Positions 50,868-63,613 are shown, counted from the stretch's first letter. The stretch is 64,000 nt of DNA from Podarcis muralis (GCF_964188315.1 NC_135656.1:3162001-3226000), one strand, 5' to 3'. Notes: generated from the letters alone by a model not told the origin. Translations and numbers: made by a program.

Positions 50868-51190
50868 CAGGGGCATAGTGTGGGGAGGACCAGGGGGGCT
50901 GTAGCCCCAGGCACATGGTTTTAAGGGGGCATGAACCAGGTGCCCCCCCACAGGGACCTCTCCCCTGCCTGCCACTGGGGGTCTCTGGGCCTCAGGGCCC
51001 AGCCTTGCTGGTGTACCCCTGGTTCCCTTGCCAAGGATCGCGTTGGCCAGCCGGGCTCCCCCCTGCATGGACAGGTGGGCAGGCAGTGAACTGTGTGCCC
51101 TGCGCCTGGCAGCAGCAACAAGGGTTTGGATGGTGCAGTGGGCTTTGTTCACCCTCCACGCCCAGCCCCTGGTCACTTTCAAGGTGAACG
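50868..51190 (+). mobile_element. GC-rich hAT-like non-autonomous element, degraded
   Basis: Terminus caggggcatagtgtgggg. The motif ttcaccctccacgccc is shared with the 40840 and 12219 copies. Confidence 0.6.
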
Positions 51191-52324
51191 TGTGCATCTG
51201 CTCTTCACCCTAATTTCAGTTAGCGAGGGAAATCACCTCTATCTTCCATCCATGTAGTCAAGATTATACATTCCAAATGAGTGTAGGTATTTCTTCCACG
51301 TTCCAGCAGAACACTGAACATTGACCTGGCACCCGCCATTCCAGGAAGATTCATCTAATGGACCCTTAGCATGCACATTCCTTCTATCTGTAGAGGATTA
51401 GGCTGGGCCTGCAGCTTATGGAGGAATGTTCAGCAAAGTTCTGCGTATGTCACAAAAGTTCATTGCAGTCGTTGGACTTTTTTTGGGGGGGGGTGTCCTC
51501 CCCAAAGGAGTGGACTGATTTTGTTCATGTTCTTCAGTTCCAACTCTACAGTTCTTTGATTCTATAATTCTATGATTCTAAGAGTCTGGGCCTTACACAC
51601 AGAGAGAAATGCTCTCCTCCCCTACGGGTATGTCTGAATGTGTTGAATTCGTATAAAGATGGTCTTGCTGGATCAGATCCATCTCTAGTTAGTTGAGAGC
51701 TGCAACAGTTTAACTTGCTTGGAAGTAAGTGTCATTGAGTTCTGCGGTGCTTACTTCCTTGTAAGTGGGTGTAGCTTTACAACCTTAGTTGTTTAGATCA
51801 ACCAATTCTAAAAGAATATTTTCATTAACTAAAGAAGATGCTACCCTTTGCTTACAATGAAGTGAATTATTTGTTAATATAATATGTATAAAAACTGCAG
51901 ATGTCAGGTACCATCTTAAGAGGCTTTCCCCCACTAATACATCCGTTTTAATGCACAATTTCTCCTAACATATGCATTTTGTACATAGTACATAGCAGAA
52001 TTTGTAGAAGTGCTAATTTCGAAGAATAGCTGTGTTCATGCATTGTTTTGGGAAGTGTGAATTATTTAGCTTTGCATTAAAAAATGAACCAACAAAATTT
52101 GCATGGAGGTTATATGATCAAGTGATTGTTATCTTGTACCTTCCACTTTGGTCTTCTGACACTTCTTTCAGTAAAAAAAAGTCCTACGTATTTATTTATT
52201 GGATATGGGCTTGTTGTGCAAGAGCACACTGTTTTGTTTTGCAAAGGGTGTATGCCAACATCTACCTGAATGTGTAAGGAATTAGTGCAGAAGTGTGACA
52301 GTGAGTGTGAGTTGTGCCTGTTGC

Positions 52325-52614
52325 TAGTGGCGGCTGGTAGGGTGGGAGGCTGGCAGACTAACAGTAGTTGGAGCCAGCCAACTAGGAGACAACTAGGTCT
52401 AGACAGAGACAACTAGGTCTAGCCTTGGTCCCATCTTCCTCCCTGCTGAGTTCTACAAGGGCAAGACTGAGACTGAGGAGGAGGAGGATGAAACTGGCAG
52501 CCGTGACCACCCCCTGGACTGGATGTAAGTAAGAAGGCAGGTGGGCACTTGCTGAGAGGAGACTGAGGTTGGTGGGGCAGTGCCCCCTTTGCCCAAATGG
52601 ACCAGCCCTCACTG
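52325..52614. mobile_element. hAT MITE 175 bp upstream of TNS2 exon 2
   Basis: Termini tagtggcggctggt / accagccctcactg. TSD cctgttgc/ccttttgc (7 of 8). Internal duplication of agacaactaggtctag. Confidence 0.7.
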
Positions 52615-52788
52615 CCTTTTGCATTGTAACATGTCTGCATTTTAGTACCTTCAACAGCAGCACAGCTGTTCTCTTCACATTGTGGCTTCACAGACATATG
52701 TCCATGGTATCTGTTTGTGCAATGAACAGATATTTTTATTTTAGCGATCCCCCATACTAAATCCCTGACCCTGTGTTTGTCATTTCAG

Positions 52789-52900
52789 CCTGGGAAGGTG
52801 TCCGAGCCTCACACCTTCAAAGAGAAAGTATTTAAGAAGAAGAAAAAGGCCTGTGTTGTGTGCAAGGAATCCATTGAGACCCAGGGTCTTGTTTGTAAAG
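52789..52900 (+). CDS. TNS2: Tensin-2 exon 2, first part of C1 (cysteine-rich zinc finger) domain: PGKVSEPHTFKEKVFKKKKKACVVCKESIETQGLVCK
   Basis: Acceptor tgtttgtcatttcag|CCT, donor AAAG|GTAAGA at 52901, 112 nt (phase 0 to 1). Resembles human PRKAEPHSFREKVFRKKPPVCAVCKVTIDGTGVSCR. Confidence 0.93.
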
Positions 52901-53222
52901 GTAAGAGCTGCCCAGATATAGTCCTCCCAGTCTTCCTCATCTTTCATAGCAGAGAAGCAAAAGGCCCAGTCAATATGAATAATTCTCCATCTATTTAAGA
53001 AACACAGAAGCCAGGGTTGTCATTCAGTTAACAAGAGCATCCAGGACAGCAGAATTAAAAGGAAGCCACGTGGTGATTAAATAACCACACCGTGCTCTTC
53101 AATGTGCTTTACTGTTGTACCATATACCTTATTGTTAATTGCACATCAGAGAGAGTCCACCTTTAAGGTTACAAGGTGTGGATCTGGAATAGCTTTTCTG
53201 AAAGTGTGTTTTTTTCTTGCAG

Positions 53223-53260
53223 TGTGCAAAGTGGCAAGCCACAAGAAATGTGAAGCCAAG
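53223..53260 (+). CDS. TNS2: Tensin-2 exon 3, second part of C1 domain: (V)CKVASHKKCEAK
   Basis: Acceptor ttttttcttgcag|TG, donor AAG|GTAAGA at 53261, 38 nt (phase 1 to 0). With exon 2 it gives H-x13-C-x2-C-x10-C-x2-C-x4-H-x2-C. Resembles human VCKVATHRKCEAK. Confidence 0.93.
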
Positions 53261-54015
53261 GTAAGAGCAAAGAGGAGTTTGTTAGAAAAAATAGGGGGCA
53301 CGGTGCTGTTTAGTGGCATATAATAATCACTTCAATTTGCATTCTGTGCACATAGATGCGTGTTCCTTGGGAGTTTTATAAGCCTACCCCACCCCACCCC
53401 AAAGGCCCCTTCAAGTGTGTGAAGGAGCAGCAGCAGCAGCAGCAACTCCCACAGCCCGACATTCCATTCCATTCCTTGCTATGTGTGGGTCTTGTTAGCT
53501 CAGTGCTGGCGAGTGCATGCCTCCTCTATGAGGTCACCACTCTGTCCTATGTTTTGACTGTTTGGTGTCAAAATGCCCTGTTTTAAAATGGAAACAGGGT
53601 GCCTTTGCCTGCTCTTGCGAAATGTCAGCCACCTGGGTGGAAAGATCTGAACCATTTTGGGGTTGCCGTTCCCAGTTTGAAGGATGGTATCCTCATAATC
53701 ACCATTCTTTATATAGCACCAGCCATATTCATGGCGCTTTACAGAGCACAAGAGGGCAAGTCCCTGCCCTGAGGAGCTTCCAACCTGAAATTGACACACA
53801 GGAAGCAGAACCAGAAGGGGGGGTGGGCAGAGTTAAAACAAGGTAGGAATCTCTGGTTGTTTCCGTTCTATGTGCTTAGGGTTGGTTTAAGGCGAGGGTG
53901 AGGAGTCTGTGGCCCGTGGGCTAATTGTGACCCTCCAGTCGTATGGGGCTGTCAGGAATCTCCCCATGTCACACCCTTCTCTGGGCCTGCTCCCCAGCAA
54001 TGCCACGTTGCAATC

Positions 54016-54600
54016 AGTGGCGTAGCAAAGTCAGGTGGTACCCAGTGCGGTAAATTTCTTGTCACCTGCCCCCACACTGAAATTATTAAAAGAAGGAAAA
54101 ATAAGATGCTTACAGTTGCAAGTGTTATTTTCTGGTTTATTTACTTAACGTTGTGAGCATAAGCACTTAAAACCGTTTTTTCTCTAACTTTGTTCTCTGC
54201 AAATTTTGAAATCACATAATCAAAATGAATTCCTTTTGCTACTTTGTTTTCAATTGACAAGATGGCCAAGCCAGAGAGCCGAGCTTGACTCATAGTAGAC
54301 CTAAGATAACTCATGATTAATTTTAGTTTTGAAAAACTCCTCTCACATGATGTCTAGCAATGTAAACCGAATTTTCGAATAACTATTCAGAGATTTGAAA
54401 TAAGGCTCAAAGCAAACAGGAAATTGCCCTAAAAATGGCAATATATTCATATATTTGTGTTTACCTTTTAGGCTGTGTTCCTGTTTCAGCAATTCACATA
54501 AGCCTCTAGTAAAAATGTCATTTATGGAAATAGCAGGAGTTATATAATCGGGTCTTACTCAAAAATGTCAGGAAGCTACTTTGCAACTACTCACTTTTAA
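54016..54600 (-). mobile_element. Old hAT transposon relic with degraded transposase C-terminus
   Basis: Terminus cagtggcgtagc at 54016. Minus strand about 54180-54350 reads SCERSFSKLKLIMSYLRSTMSQARLSGLAILSIENKVAKGIHFDYVISKFAENK, with frameshifts and stops upstream. The other boundary is approximate. Confidence 0.75.
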
Positions 54601-54795
54601 CCTAGGATTGCATCCTCTGCAGGGAGATAGAGCGGCTTCAAGCCTATCTGCCTAATGACAGAACCACCTTGTGCCAGTTCATCTCACCCTCTACAGCAGC
54701 TGCACCTTGTCTTCATTGACCTGGTGCTGAAACCCACAAAGTACTTAGTACTTCAGTACTTAGCAAGTGAATATAAAGTAAAGCACCAGGGACTA

Positions 54796-55053
54796 CCGTA
54801 TTTTTTGCTCTATAAGGCTCACTTTTTCCCTCCTAAAAAGTAAGGGGAAATGTGTGTGCGTCTTATGGAGCGAATGCAGGCTGTGCAGCTATCCCAGAAG
54901 CCAGAAGAGCAAGAGGGATTGCTGCTTCCACTGCACAGCGATCCCTCTTGCTGTTCTGGCTTCTGAGATTCAGAATATTTTTTTCTTGTTTTCCTCCTCC
55001 AAAAATTAGGTGCGTCTTGTGGTATGGTGCGTCTTATAGAGCGAAAAATACGG
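54796..55053. mobile_element. Related CCGTA-terminus MITE, short variant
   Basis: TA|ccgtattttttgctctataagg ... gtcttatagagcgaaaaatacgg|TA. Confidence 0.85.
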
Positions 55054-55311
55054 TAATTGACAAACCCGGGGGGGGGGGGGGGAGTACTCTATACATTTAC
55101 TTGAGAATTGCATGCCTAATGGTACCTGTAGCATAATTGCTTCTAATTTCTATTGCTTATGAGGATGACTTTTCTCTATACTTTTCATACACGGCTATGC
55201 TGCCTCTACAATACAATACAAAAAAGTATGAACCTGTGCCAGGTAGTGTGGAGAACCTTGACCATCAACATAATTATTCAGGGCTCGAGACCCAACTAGT
55301 CATTCAAATAT

Positions 55312-55468
55312 TTCTCGGTAGTGGCGCCCGCCCTGTGGAACGCCCTCCCATCAGATGTCAAGGAAATAAACAACTATCTGACTTTTAAAAGACATCTGAA
55401 GGCAGCCCTGTTTGGGGAATTTTTAAATGTTTGAAGTTTTATTCTGTTTTTAGTATTCTGTTGGGAGC
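55312..55468 (+). mobile_element. L2-clade LINE short 3' fragment
   Basis: ttctcggtagtggcgcccgccctgtggaacgccctcccatcagatgtcaagg..., near-identical to 36600-36750. Confidence 0.85.
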
Positions 55469-55987
55469 TAGTTTTTAAAAAATACTATTAATGACTCTAT
55501 TGTTTCAATTCATTTTATGCTCCTTTACATCTATGTTTCTAGCTTTCATTTCCCTCCTCTACTCTTTCCCTGCTCCATATCATAAACCCAGATAGCATAA
55601 CTGCAGAGTTTTACATATATTTATTGATTGCATAGCATGTAATTAATCTATTCACATTGTCAATTAAACTTGGCTCTGTTAGCCTATGTTTGCAACTAAG
55701 GCTGTGATCCATCTGTCCCATTCTGCTTGTCAGTGGGAGATGGAAAGCAGAGCTCACTCCATCAGCTCTGCTGTGCCAGACCTAGCCATGGCTACTCAAA
55801 AAGCAGTCCCATGTCATTCCATGAGGTTTACTCACAGTTAAATGGGGTTGGGATTACAGTATAAGACTGCAATCCTATACCCACTTACTTTGAAGCACAT
55901 CCAGCTGAACTTGGATGGGAATGACTTCTGAGTAGATACTGTAAAGTAGGATCTCTCTACAATTGCAACCCTGCCTCCAGTTACTCA

Positions 55988-56095
55988 GGTTGTCAACCAT
56001 ATGTCAGGATTGCTCTGATGGTGTTTCCTGCTTGGCAGGGGGTTGGACTCGATGGCCCTTGTGGTCTCTTCCAACTCTATGATTCTATGATTCTA
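55988..56095 (+). mobile_element. Young CR1 3' end, same family as 35205
   Basis: Near-identical reverse complement of 35205-35310, ending ctatgattctatgattcta. Confidence 0.88.
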
Positions 56096-57478
56096 GGTAT
56101 AGAACTCAAGCATAATTAAGGGCAGGATTGCATCCACAGCTATCACACAGAACTACCCCTGGGGATGCACACATGCCATGGTAATTTCTCTGCTCATAGA
56201 ATCCTATCCTGAGAATATTAGGCTACAGTCCTACACACACTTACACGGAAGTAAATCCTATTGAACTGAATGGAATTCCTACTAAGGAAACATCTTTAAG
56301 AATGCACTAGTCGTTTCACTCAACATTAGCTGTGATGTGATCCACTTGTCCCATGGATTTCAAATGACCAAAATGTAACTTTCTCCAAATTGGGGCCACA
56401 GAACTGTCACATATTAAATGTAATTAGTACAACTTCGTGACAGGAACATTCACCTGCACATAGACACCCAACTCTACAGATCAGCCTTTCTCAACCTTGG
56501 GTTCCCAGATGTTGTTGGACCACAACACACATTATCCTAGCTAGCAGGACCAGTGGTCAGGGATGATGGAACCTAGTGGCAAGAAGCATGGGGTGGGGTG
56601 GTTGGCGAGAGCTTTAAAATAAAGAGGTGCATTTTGGCCGTCAAAGATGACAGTCCCTGTTCCACACAGAGGAGGGTTTGGGGGTGTTACAGTCTGAAGG
56701 TGGGGGGGCACGGAAGGAAAGGAATCCAATGCAAGCATGAAAATGATGGCGTTGGAACTGACCTGTTTGTGTGTGTGTTTAGAGGAGGCATGGGTGGGGG
56801 CAGAATGGAGAAGATCGAGGGGAGGAGGATCAAAGCCCTGGCAGCTCCCATTTAGTTCGGTGCGCGTTGATTAAACACGCTCCATGGTGTGTAGGAGGGA
56901 ACGGCATGAATGAACAGGGGAGGAAAAGAGGAAAGGAAGGCGGCAGCAGCAGCAGCAGCAGCTGACTTGCTTTGGTGCACAGGTGCGCAAGGCTGGATGG
57001 AGGAATCACTGCCCTCCGAAGCCCCTCAGAGCAACCTCTAGGGGCAGAGCCTCCTTAAAAGGATTCTCTGGGTCCCACCAGCCTTTATTTGTGCAAAAGG
57101 GTTGGGGTTCAGCCGGCATTATGACACCCAGGGCAGACTGCACCCCACACCCCTTGGTTGTAATGCAGAATAGTGCCTCAGTGGTAGGTTTATGTTGGAC
57201 TGTCCATACTTCAGTCCCACCTCCCCTTTTAGTTTTTCTGCGGTGCTTCACCAGTGTTACCACATTATTGCCATTTGGAGGGGCACTCTTGCACTATAGC
57301 ACAAGACATTCGGGAAAAACTCCACCCCACCGCTGCCCAGAATATGTGCGATATAAAAATAGGTCACAGCCGGTTTCAGCAAGAAGCTATGGGACACTGC
57401 AAATGCAGCAATATTTATTTATCTGTTTCTTAAAATTTATATACCGCTTGATTGTAAAAATGAATCATGAATGCACTA

Positions 57479-57712
57479 CAGTGGTACCTCGGGTTAAGAA
57501 CTTAATTCATTCTGGAGATCCGTTCTTAACCTGAAACTGTTCCTAACCTGAGGTACCACTTTAGCTAATGGGGTCTCCCTCTGCTGCCGCCGCGTGATTT
57601 CTGTTCTCATCCTGAAGCAAAGTTCTTAACCCAAGGTACTATTTATGGGTTAGCAGAGTCTGTAACCTAAAGCGTCTGTAACCTGAAGCGTCTGTAACCC
57701 GAGGTACCACTG
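57479..57712 (-). mobile_element. Tigger/pogo-like MITE, young subfamily
   Basis: TA|cagtggtacctc ... gaggtaccactg|TA. The interior is inverted relative to 33919. Confidence 0.88.
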
Positions 57713-57759
57713 TATTTATTTATTTATTTTTAGTCTCAATGCCTTCACTTATTATCTTA

Positions 57760-58600
57760 TTTTTACTTTTTTTAATATACATTTTTATTAGTTTTTACAT
57801 ATATTTTCCAAAGAGAACATTTCATCTCATCTCATCTTATATAACATTTTGGGTATTTTAGCCTGAGACTTCCATCAACCACGTCTAATGATTTTCAGAC
57901 CTCATCTCTTAATCTTACATTTGTTATCCTAACTATTACTTTTAATATAATCCATAACTTAAAATCCATTCTCATAAATCTTTTCTGCAGTATTTCATAT
58001 ACGGTAGTTCTCCTTACAAAACTTCTTGTAGTCCTACAAGCATAGTTGGTTGGTTACAATTGTCTTTCAGATAACTTGTATATTTACTCCAATCTTTCAA
58101 GAATTTCTGGTCCCGCTGGTTTCAAATTCTCCCTGTCATCTTATCCAATTCTGCGTAGTCCATCAATTTCATTTGCCATCCCTCTTTGGTTGGTAGTTCT
58201 TCCTGCCTCTATTTCTGTGCCAATAATACTCACGCTGCAGTTTGTCGCATATAAAAATAGTTTTTTATCTTGTCTTTTAATGTCAGTGCCTACAATACTA
58301 AGTAAAAATGGTTCTGGGTTTTTTTATAAATGTATATTTCAACATCTTTTTCATCTCATTATAAATCATTTCCCAGAAGCCTTTTACTTTTTTACATTCC
58401 CACCACAGATGATAAAAGTGCCTTCCTTTTCCTTACATTTCCAACATTTATTACTTATTTTATACATTTTAGCTAATTTCGCTGGTGTAATATACCATCT
58501 ATACATCATTTTCATTACATTTTCTTTCAAAGCACTACATGCAGTAAATTTTGTTCCTTCTTTCCATAATTTCTCCCAGTCTTTTAGCTGTATATTATAA
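57760..58600 (-). mobile_element. L1-clade LINE 3' fragment, related to 8430-10470
   Basis: Peptide KEGTKFTACSALKENVMKMMYRWYITPAKLAKMYKISNKCWKCKEKEGTF. T-rich tail on the + strand near 57760. Confidence 0.85.
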
Positions 58601-59399
58601 CCAAAGATGAATGCACTATTTTTAAGGCCATCTGCAGAGGCCCTTTGCCTCTCTAGACACAGTAGCACATGCTGCTTTCAGCCCCATTTCAAGCCCTGGA
58701 GCATCCCTGAGATCTGAGATGAAAAGGAAGTTGCCACGAATGGGAGATGGAGGCTTCCCCTGGCTCTGTGCTGTCCTTTTGTGACTTCTCTGTAGATGAA
58801 TGTGCTCTCCAGCATGCCAGTGGAGGCTGCAGGAGTCGGGGAGTTGCTGAGGAAACACAGAGCTCTTTGCACAGGTTCTGGCTTGAGCCTGGCCAACTTC
58901 CGGAGGGAAGTGTGGGGAAAGGGTCAGAAGGCCTGACCTGAAGAAGATCTCTTTGGGGTTGCATGGCTGCTTTTGAGCATAGCTGGAGCCTTTAGTTCTA
59001 TGGACAGACCTACACCTATGGAAAGAGAGAAATCTAAAAACAAAAGGGGAAAAAATTATTTTAATGATCGAGTAGAGCAAATGCAAAAATGGCAAAAGAT
59101 TAAGGTTTTAATTTGGGGGTGGCAGAGCTGGCTTTAGTTTAGGAGATGAAATGGGCAGGGCAGGGCAGGGCCTTCTCTGTTGCAACACACATACACCCCA
59201 GTGGAATTAATTACGACTTGTTACTATAGATATTTAAAAAGTGATGTCAAGAGATCTCCCTCCCCTCTTTGGCTATGGTAGCAAATAGGGAACAGGGAGG
59301 GAGAGAACCCCTCTCCACTGCCCTCTGGCTCTGCAGTCTGCTGGGCAAAGCCATAAACAGCTCCTCAAAAACTGAATGGGTTAAGTTGATTTAGGAGAA

Positions 59400-59572
59400 G
59401 GGCTGCAGCTCAGTTGGTAGAGCATCTGCTTTGCCTGCAGAAAGTCCCGGGTTCAAGTGCACAGCGTCCCCAGGCAGGGCTGGGGCAGACGCCATCTGTA
59501 TCCTGGAGGGCCACTGCCAGTCAGTGAAGGCATACTGAGCTAGATGCTGCAGTGGCAGCTTCCTATGTTCCT
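59400..59572 (+). mobile_element. tRNA-derived (Ala-like) SINE of squamates
   Basis: A-box cagctcagttgg, arm tctgc-tt-TGC-ct-gcaga, B-box ggttcaag, tail cagcttcctatgttcct. Relatives at about 20230-20410 (-), 32840-32990 (+), 42270-42390 (-) and 50640-50810 (-). Confidence 0.7.
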
Positions 59573-61444
59573 AAATCTTGCAGTCTTAAAAAGAAACGAA
59601 ACCAAACACGTTTATTACTGACAGCATATAGAGTTCCCGCTTGGGCACCCATTCAGGCCCCGACCTGCTTAGTCTTAGCAAGGCTTCTTCATTGTGCACC
59701 TACTTTTCACTGGGGCTTCCAGTGACCTCCTTTGTGGTTAGGTCCACCTTGGCCACACTCCTGTGCACCGTTATCCAGGCATGATGAGCCCTGGAGTCGG
59801 ACCCTGCCACTCCTGTGAGATCCAGACCTCTGGCCCTTTAAGCCCGCACGGGGCCGCTCTTCCAGGTTGTGTAATTATGGAGCGGAGTTTGCCTTGGACC
59901 TGGGCCAAGGGCTGCAGCTGGAGGAGAAGCCACTTAACTCCAAGCTGCTGCTGTTCTGGGACTAGTCCTCCCCCCGCTCCCCTTTTCTAAATAGCGGGAT
60001 CAGTGGCCGTTTCTGCAAACACAGCTCTGCTCTCAGGAAAGACGCGACAGCGAGTGGGAGAATGCGGGGAAGGGAGCAGGACAGCTAGGAGGCTGGAGGG
60101 TTGAGCAGGCTTAGTCCCTCATCCATGGGACAGCTGGTGCCTCTGGCTTCCTCCGTGTTGCTGGTGCCTCTTTTGGGAGGCTCCCTGTTGGGCAGAGAGA
60201 GAAAGAGAGAAGAAAAGCCGGCACTGATCGCTGGATTGCAAGCAGGGAGAAGAGCTGCCGCAGCAGACCTGGTGTAGAATTGGTATCTTCCAACAGGTGG
60301 GCTGGAGGCGTGCACGGTTCTGCTAGCAGAGGTGTGTGTTCTTCCCTCGCCACAAGGGGGCAGCAGTCCCCGGAAGGAGCGCTGGTCAGTGGACACTGCT
60401 TCAGGTGAGGGATTAAGGATGAAAAGGTGGGTAGAAACCCCCATTGCGGCCGAAGGGACCACACTTATTTATTGTTATTTATTATGTTGTTATTTATTTA
60501 TGCATTACATTTATTCATTTACTTGTTATGCTGTATTCATTAATTAAGCTATACACTGCCCATTGACCAGGTTTGAGCCACGATAGGTAAATGGGAGGCA
60601 TTTGCTATATTCTTTTGTTTATTATGGGTGGGATTCAACTCACCAGCCCCAGGAGTGGAAGCTGCAACAGGACTTCCTTGGGGATTTTGCCCCCTGTGCA
60701 GCCCGTGCTTGGTGGGAAGGGGTGTTGAGAGAACCCCCAGAACAGCAGACGGGGGGGGGGGATTTGCTCCGTCTGGCAAGCTGAAACGTTTGCCCTGATG
60801 GAACGATTGTCACAAAGCTGCCTTGAATTCCTCCCTGTGTTTATATCCTGCCGTTCCTCGGGGTGACCCAAGACGACATTTGTGGTTCTTCCATGACCCC
60901 TCTTTGTCGCATCCTCGCAATAACCCTGAGAGATGGGTTAGGCTGAGAGAGAGAGTGTGTGTGTCACAGGGCCAAGGTCTCTCAGCGAGCTTTGTGGCTG
61001 AGAAGAGGTGTGAACCTGGGTCTCCAGAGTCCTAGCTCAATGCTCAAACCACTGCACCATCTTGGGCACCAGATGCTGGGGACAAGCAAGGAGAGAAGGC
61101 CACTCTTGCCTTCATGGCCTGTGGCCTTCCAGATATGTCTGTCTACTGCTGGAGACAGATTGATGGACTAGGTGAACTTTGGTTTGGATTCAATAAGGGA
61201 GTCCTAACATTAGTATTCATAAGGTGCAGGGCAGTTTACAACCACAGTGTACATTGGGTTGGATCCAGACTTTGCCTCCTGTGAAAGCAAGGGCACTTTC
61301 CAGTCACGGAAGAATCTTACTGGCAGAACATGGAAGGGGCTGATTTTTGTTGAATCTCTTCTCCTGAAGCCTGCTTTTTCTCCTGAAATTTGGCTTTGGA
61401 GGGCGGAGGGGGGGTGGCCCTAGAGAGTGTGGGTCTCCCCCCTT

Positions 61445-61457
61445 TTTTTTCTTTCTT

Positions 61458-61506
<49 letters not shown>

Positions 61507-61507
61507 T
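61445..61507. repeat. Polypyrimidine (CT)n/(TTTC)n tract
   Basis: Directly visible. Confidence 0.9.
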
Positions 61508-62632
61508 GGAGGAGAAGACATTCTCAGCTGCTCGGAAGCAACCTCTGTTTCCCCCTCCTATGTTGCTGGCCTGTAGCTCCAGCCTCCATGGCCGACAGTC
61601 AAGGTTGATGCAAGTCATAACCCAACATTTGGACAGCACCAAGTTGCGGGAGGTTGTTCTAAGCAGAACCTGAGAAGTGGGGCATGAAATGCATAGCTCT
61701 TGAAAAGAAAAGTTTGTAAGTTTTTGCCTCTGCTGTTTATTTGGAGTCTCTCCTTCTCCTCTCTTTAAGTTGCCCAAGATTTCCCAGCGGCATATGGCTT
61801 AGATCTTGCGTGACTCGTCCAGAGCAATTTGTTCTGCAGCCTCCTCCCTGGAATCTCTCCCCCTCCGCTGCTCCCCTGGTGGGGAGAGTTTCATCCTTGG
61901 ACTTTGGCTGGCGGGAGGCCATTCAGGGGAGGCATCAGGGACACTAAGAAGGCTGCCCTCAAATCCCTTTGGTGGGCTTTCCTCGCACACAGGGCCTGAC
62001 AGATTAACGTACTTGGAGGTGGTGTGGATTTCCACCCCTCCTGCAAGCCACAATGCCCTTTTTGTCTTCCCTTATGTAATGTTTTGCCCTCCCCTAGAGC
62101 GAGTGGATTGGCTTGCATCCAAAAGTCATCTGGAACGGCTTTGCTCATGAGAGGTACCGCCTTGCCGGATCAGACCAAAAGCTGCATCTAGTCCAGGATT
62201 CAGTCTCTGTCAGCCTCTGGAGAGGGGGAGCAGAGTGGGTGGGGCACATTTTTTGAATGCTTCCCTAGCTAGCGAAAACAAAAACTCCCTACCAGTAGAA
62301 AAGCAGTGCATCAGGAAGATGGGATCAAGCTCAGCCTGCTCCTTCCTGCGCTGATTTTCTGCATGCAGGGAGGTTTTTGTTTTAATTAACTTACTTTAAT
62401 TTAAAATACTCACTTAAGCCTTCCCATCACAGCTTACTAGAGGTGATTTAAAGAAAAAGAAAATACACTTCAACAGGAAAATGGCCACAACTTAAAACTC
62501 AGCTTGCAGTTTTTCAATTGAAACCATCAATTAACTAATTAAAGGTCCTTTTAAAAAGTTGATAAAGATGGGGCTATAGGTACTTCTTTCAGGGGAGAGT
62601 TCCAAGAATTCAAGGCCACTATGGCAAAGGGT

Positions 62633-62982
62633 GGGACACGGATGGCGCTGAGGGTTAAACCACAGAGCCTAGGACTTGCCAATCAGAAGGTTGGCGGTTC
62701 GAATCCCCGCAATGGGGTGAGCTCCCATTGCTCGGTCCCAGCTCCTGCCAACCTAGCAGTTCGAAAGCACGTCAAAATGCAAGTAGATAAATAGATACCG
62801 CTCTGGCGGGAAGGTAAACGGCGTTTCTGTGCGCTGCGCTGGTTCCCCAGAAGCGGCTTACTCATGCTGGCCACATGACCTGGAAGCTGTACGCCGGCTC
62901 CCTCGGCCAATAAAGCAAGATGAGTGCTGCAACCCCAGAGTCATCCGTGACTGGACCTAATGGTCAGGGGTCCCTTTACCTT
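62633..62982 (+). mobile_element. Sauria SINE, full length
   Basis: Head gggacacggatggcgctg, B-box ggttcgaatccc, tail ggggtccctttaccttt. TSD TATGGCAAAG at 62620-62629 and 62983-62992. Confidence 0.92.
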
Positions 62983-63610
62983 TATGGCAAAGATCCTGTG
63001 GCTCATGCCTTTCAGCCTGACGGAGGGATTGAAAGCAGAGCCTCAGAAGCCACCTCAAGGCCTGGGCAGGTTCACGTGGCTGCAAGCCGTCCTTCAAGCA
63101 ACCTGTTTCCAAACCCTTTATGCCAAGGGCAGGGAAACTTTCAGCCCAAGGGCCACGTGTCAGTGGTGGGCGGAGCAGGGGTGCAAATTTTACCTTTGTC
63201 CAGTAGGCATGCTCTCACACACCCCTCTCTGTCCAGGCAGACTAAGGGCATTTTCAGAGTCCCAGGTCATGTTCCAGCCAACCAAAAACACTTGGGCCAG
63301 TGACGGGTGTAGCCTGGGAAGCATTCTGAGAGCCAGCTAGAGTGGCCTCAAGGTCCACATTTGGGCCCCAGGCCTGAGGTTCCCCTCCCCAAGTTTATGG
63401 CTTCAAAGAGGGAGCCTAGAGCTTTCAATCAAACCTTTTATATTCCTTTAATGTAGGGGAGCATCAAAAATGTGATCCCTTGCAACCTCCCCAGTATCAC
63501 CTCCTTCATGCATAGGTCCTTAGGCATAGGGAAGGCTGAGATCCAAGGCAGTCCAGGTTTGAAGACTGGTGCATAAATGGACCTGGCTAAGCTCCTTTCC
63601 TGCTCTGTGC

Positions 63611-63613
<3 letters not shown>

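Noticed and set aside
56983-57534. 183-aa ORF
   Set aside because: It runs through degraded repeats into a MITE and has no recognisable domain.
58046-58600. 184-aa + strand ORF
   Set aside because: It is an antisense shadow of the L1 ORF2 fragment.
59400-59470. tRNA-Ala gene
   Set aside because: The T arm and acceptor stem are degraded, and it continues into a SINE body present in several copies.
61611-61676. MQVITQHLDSTKLREVVLSRT resembling TNS2 IEHLGSTK
   Set aside because: The similarity covers only a few residues, the expected VTSAC...RRNTAP exon is absent, and the frame ends in a stop.
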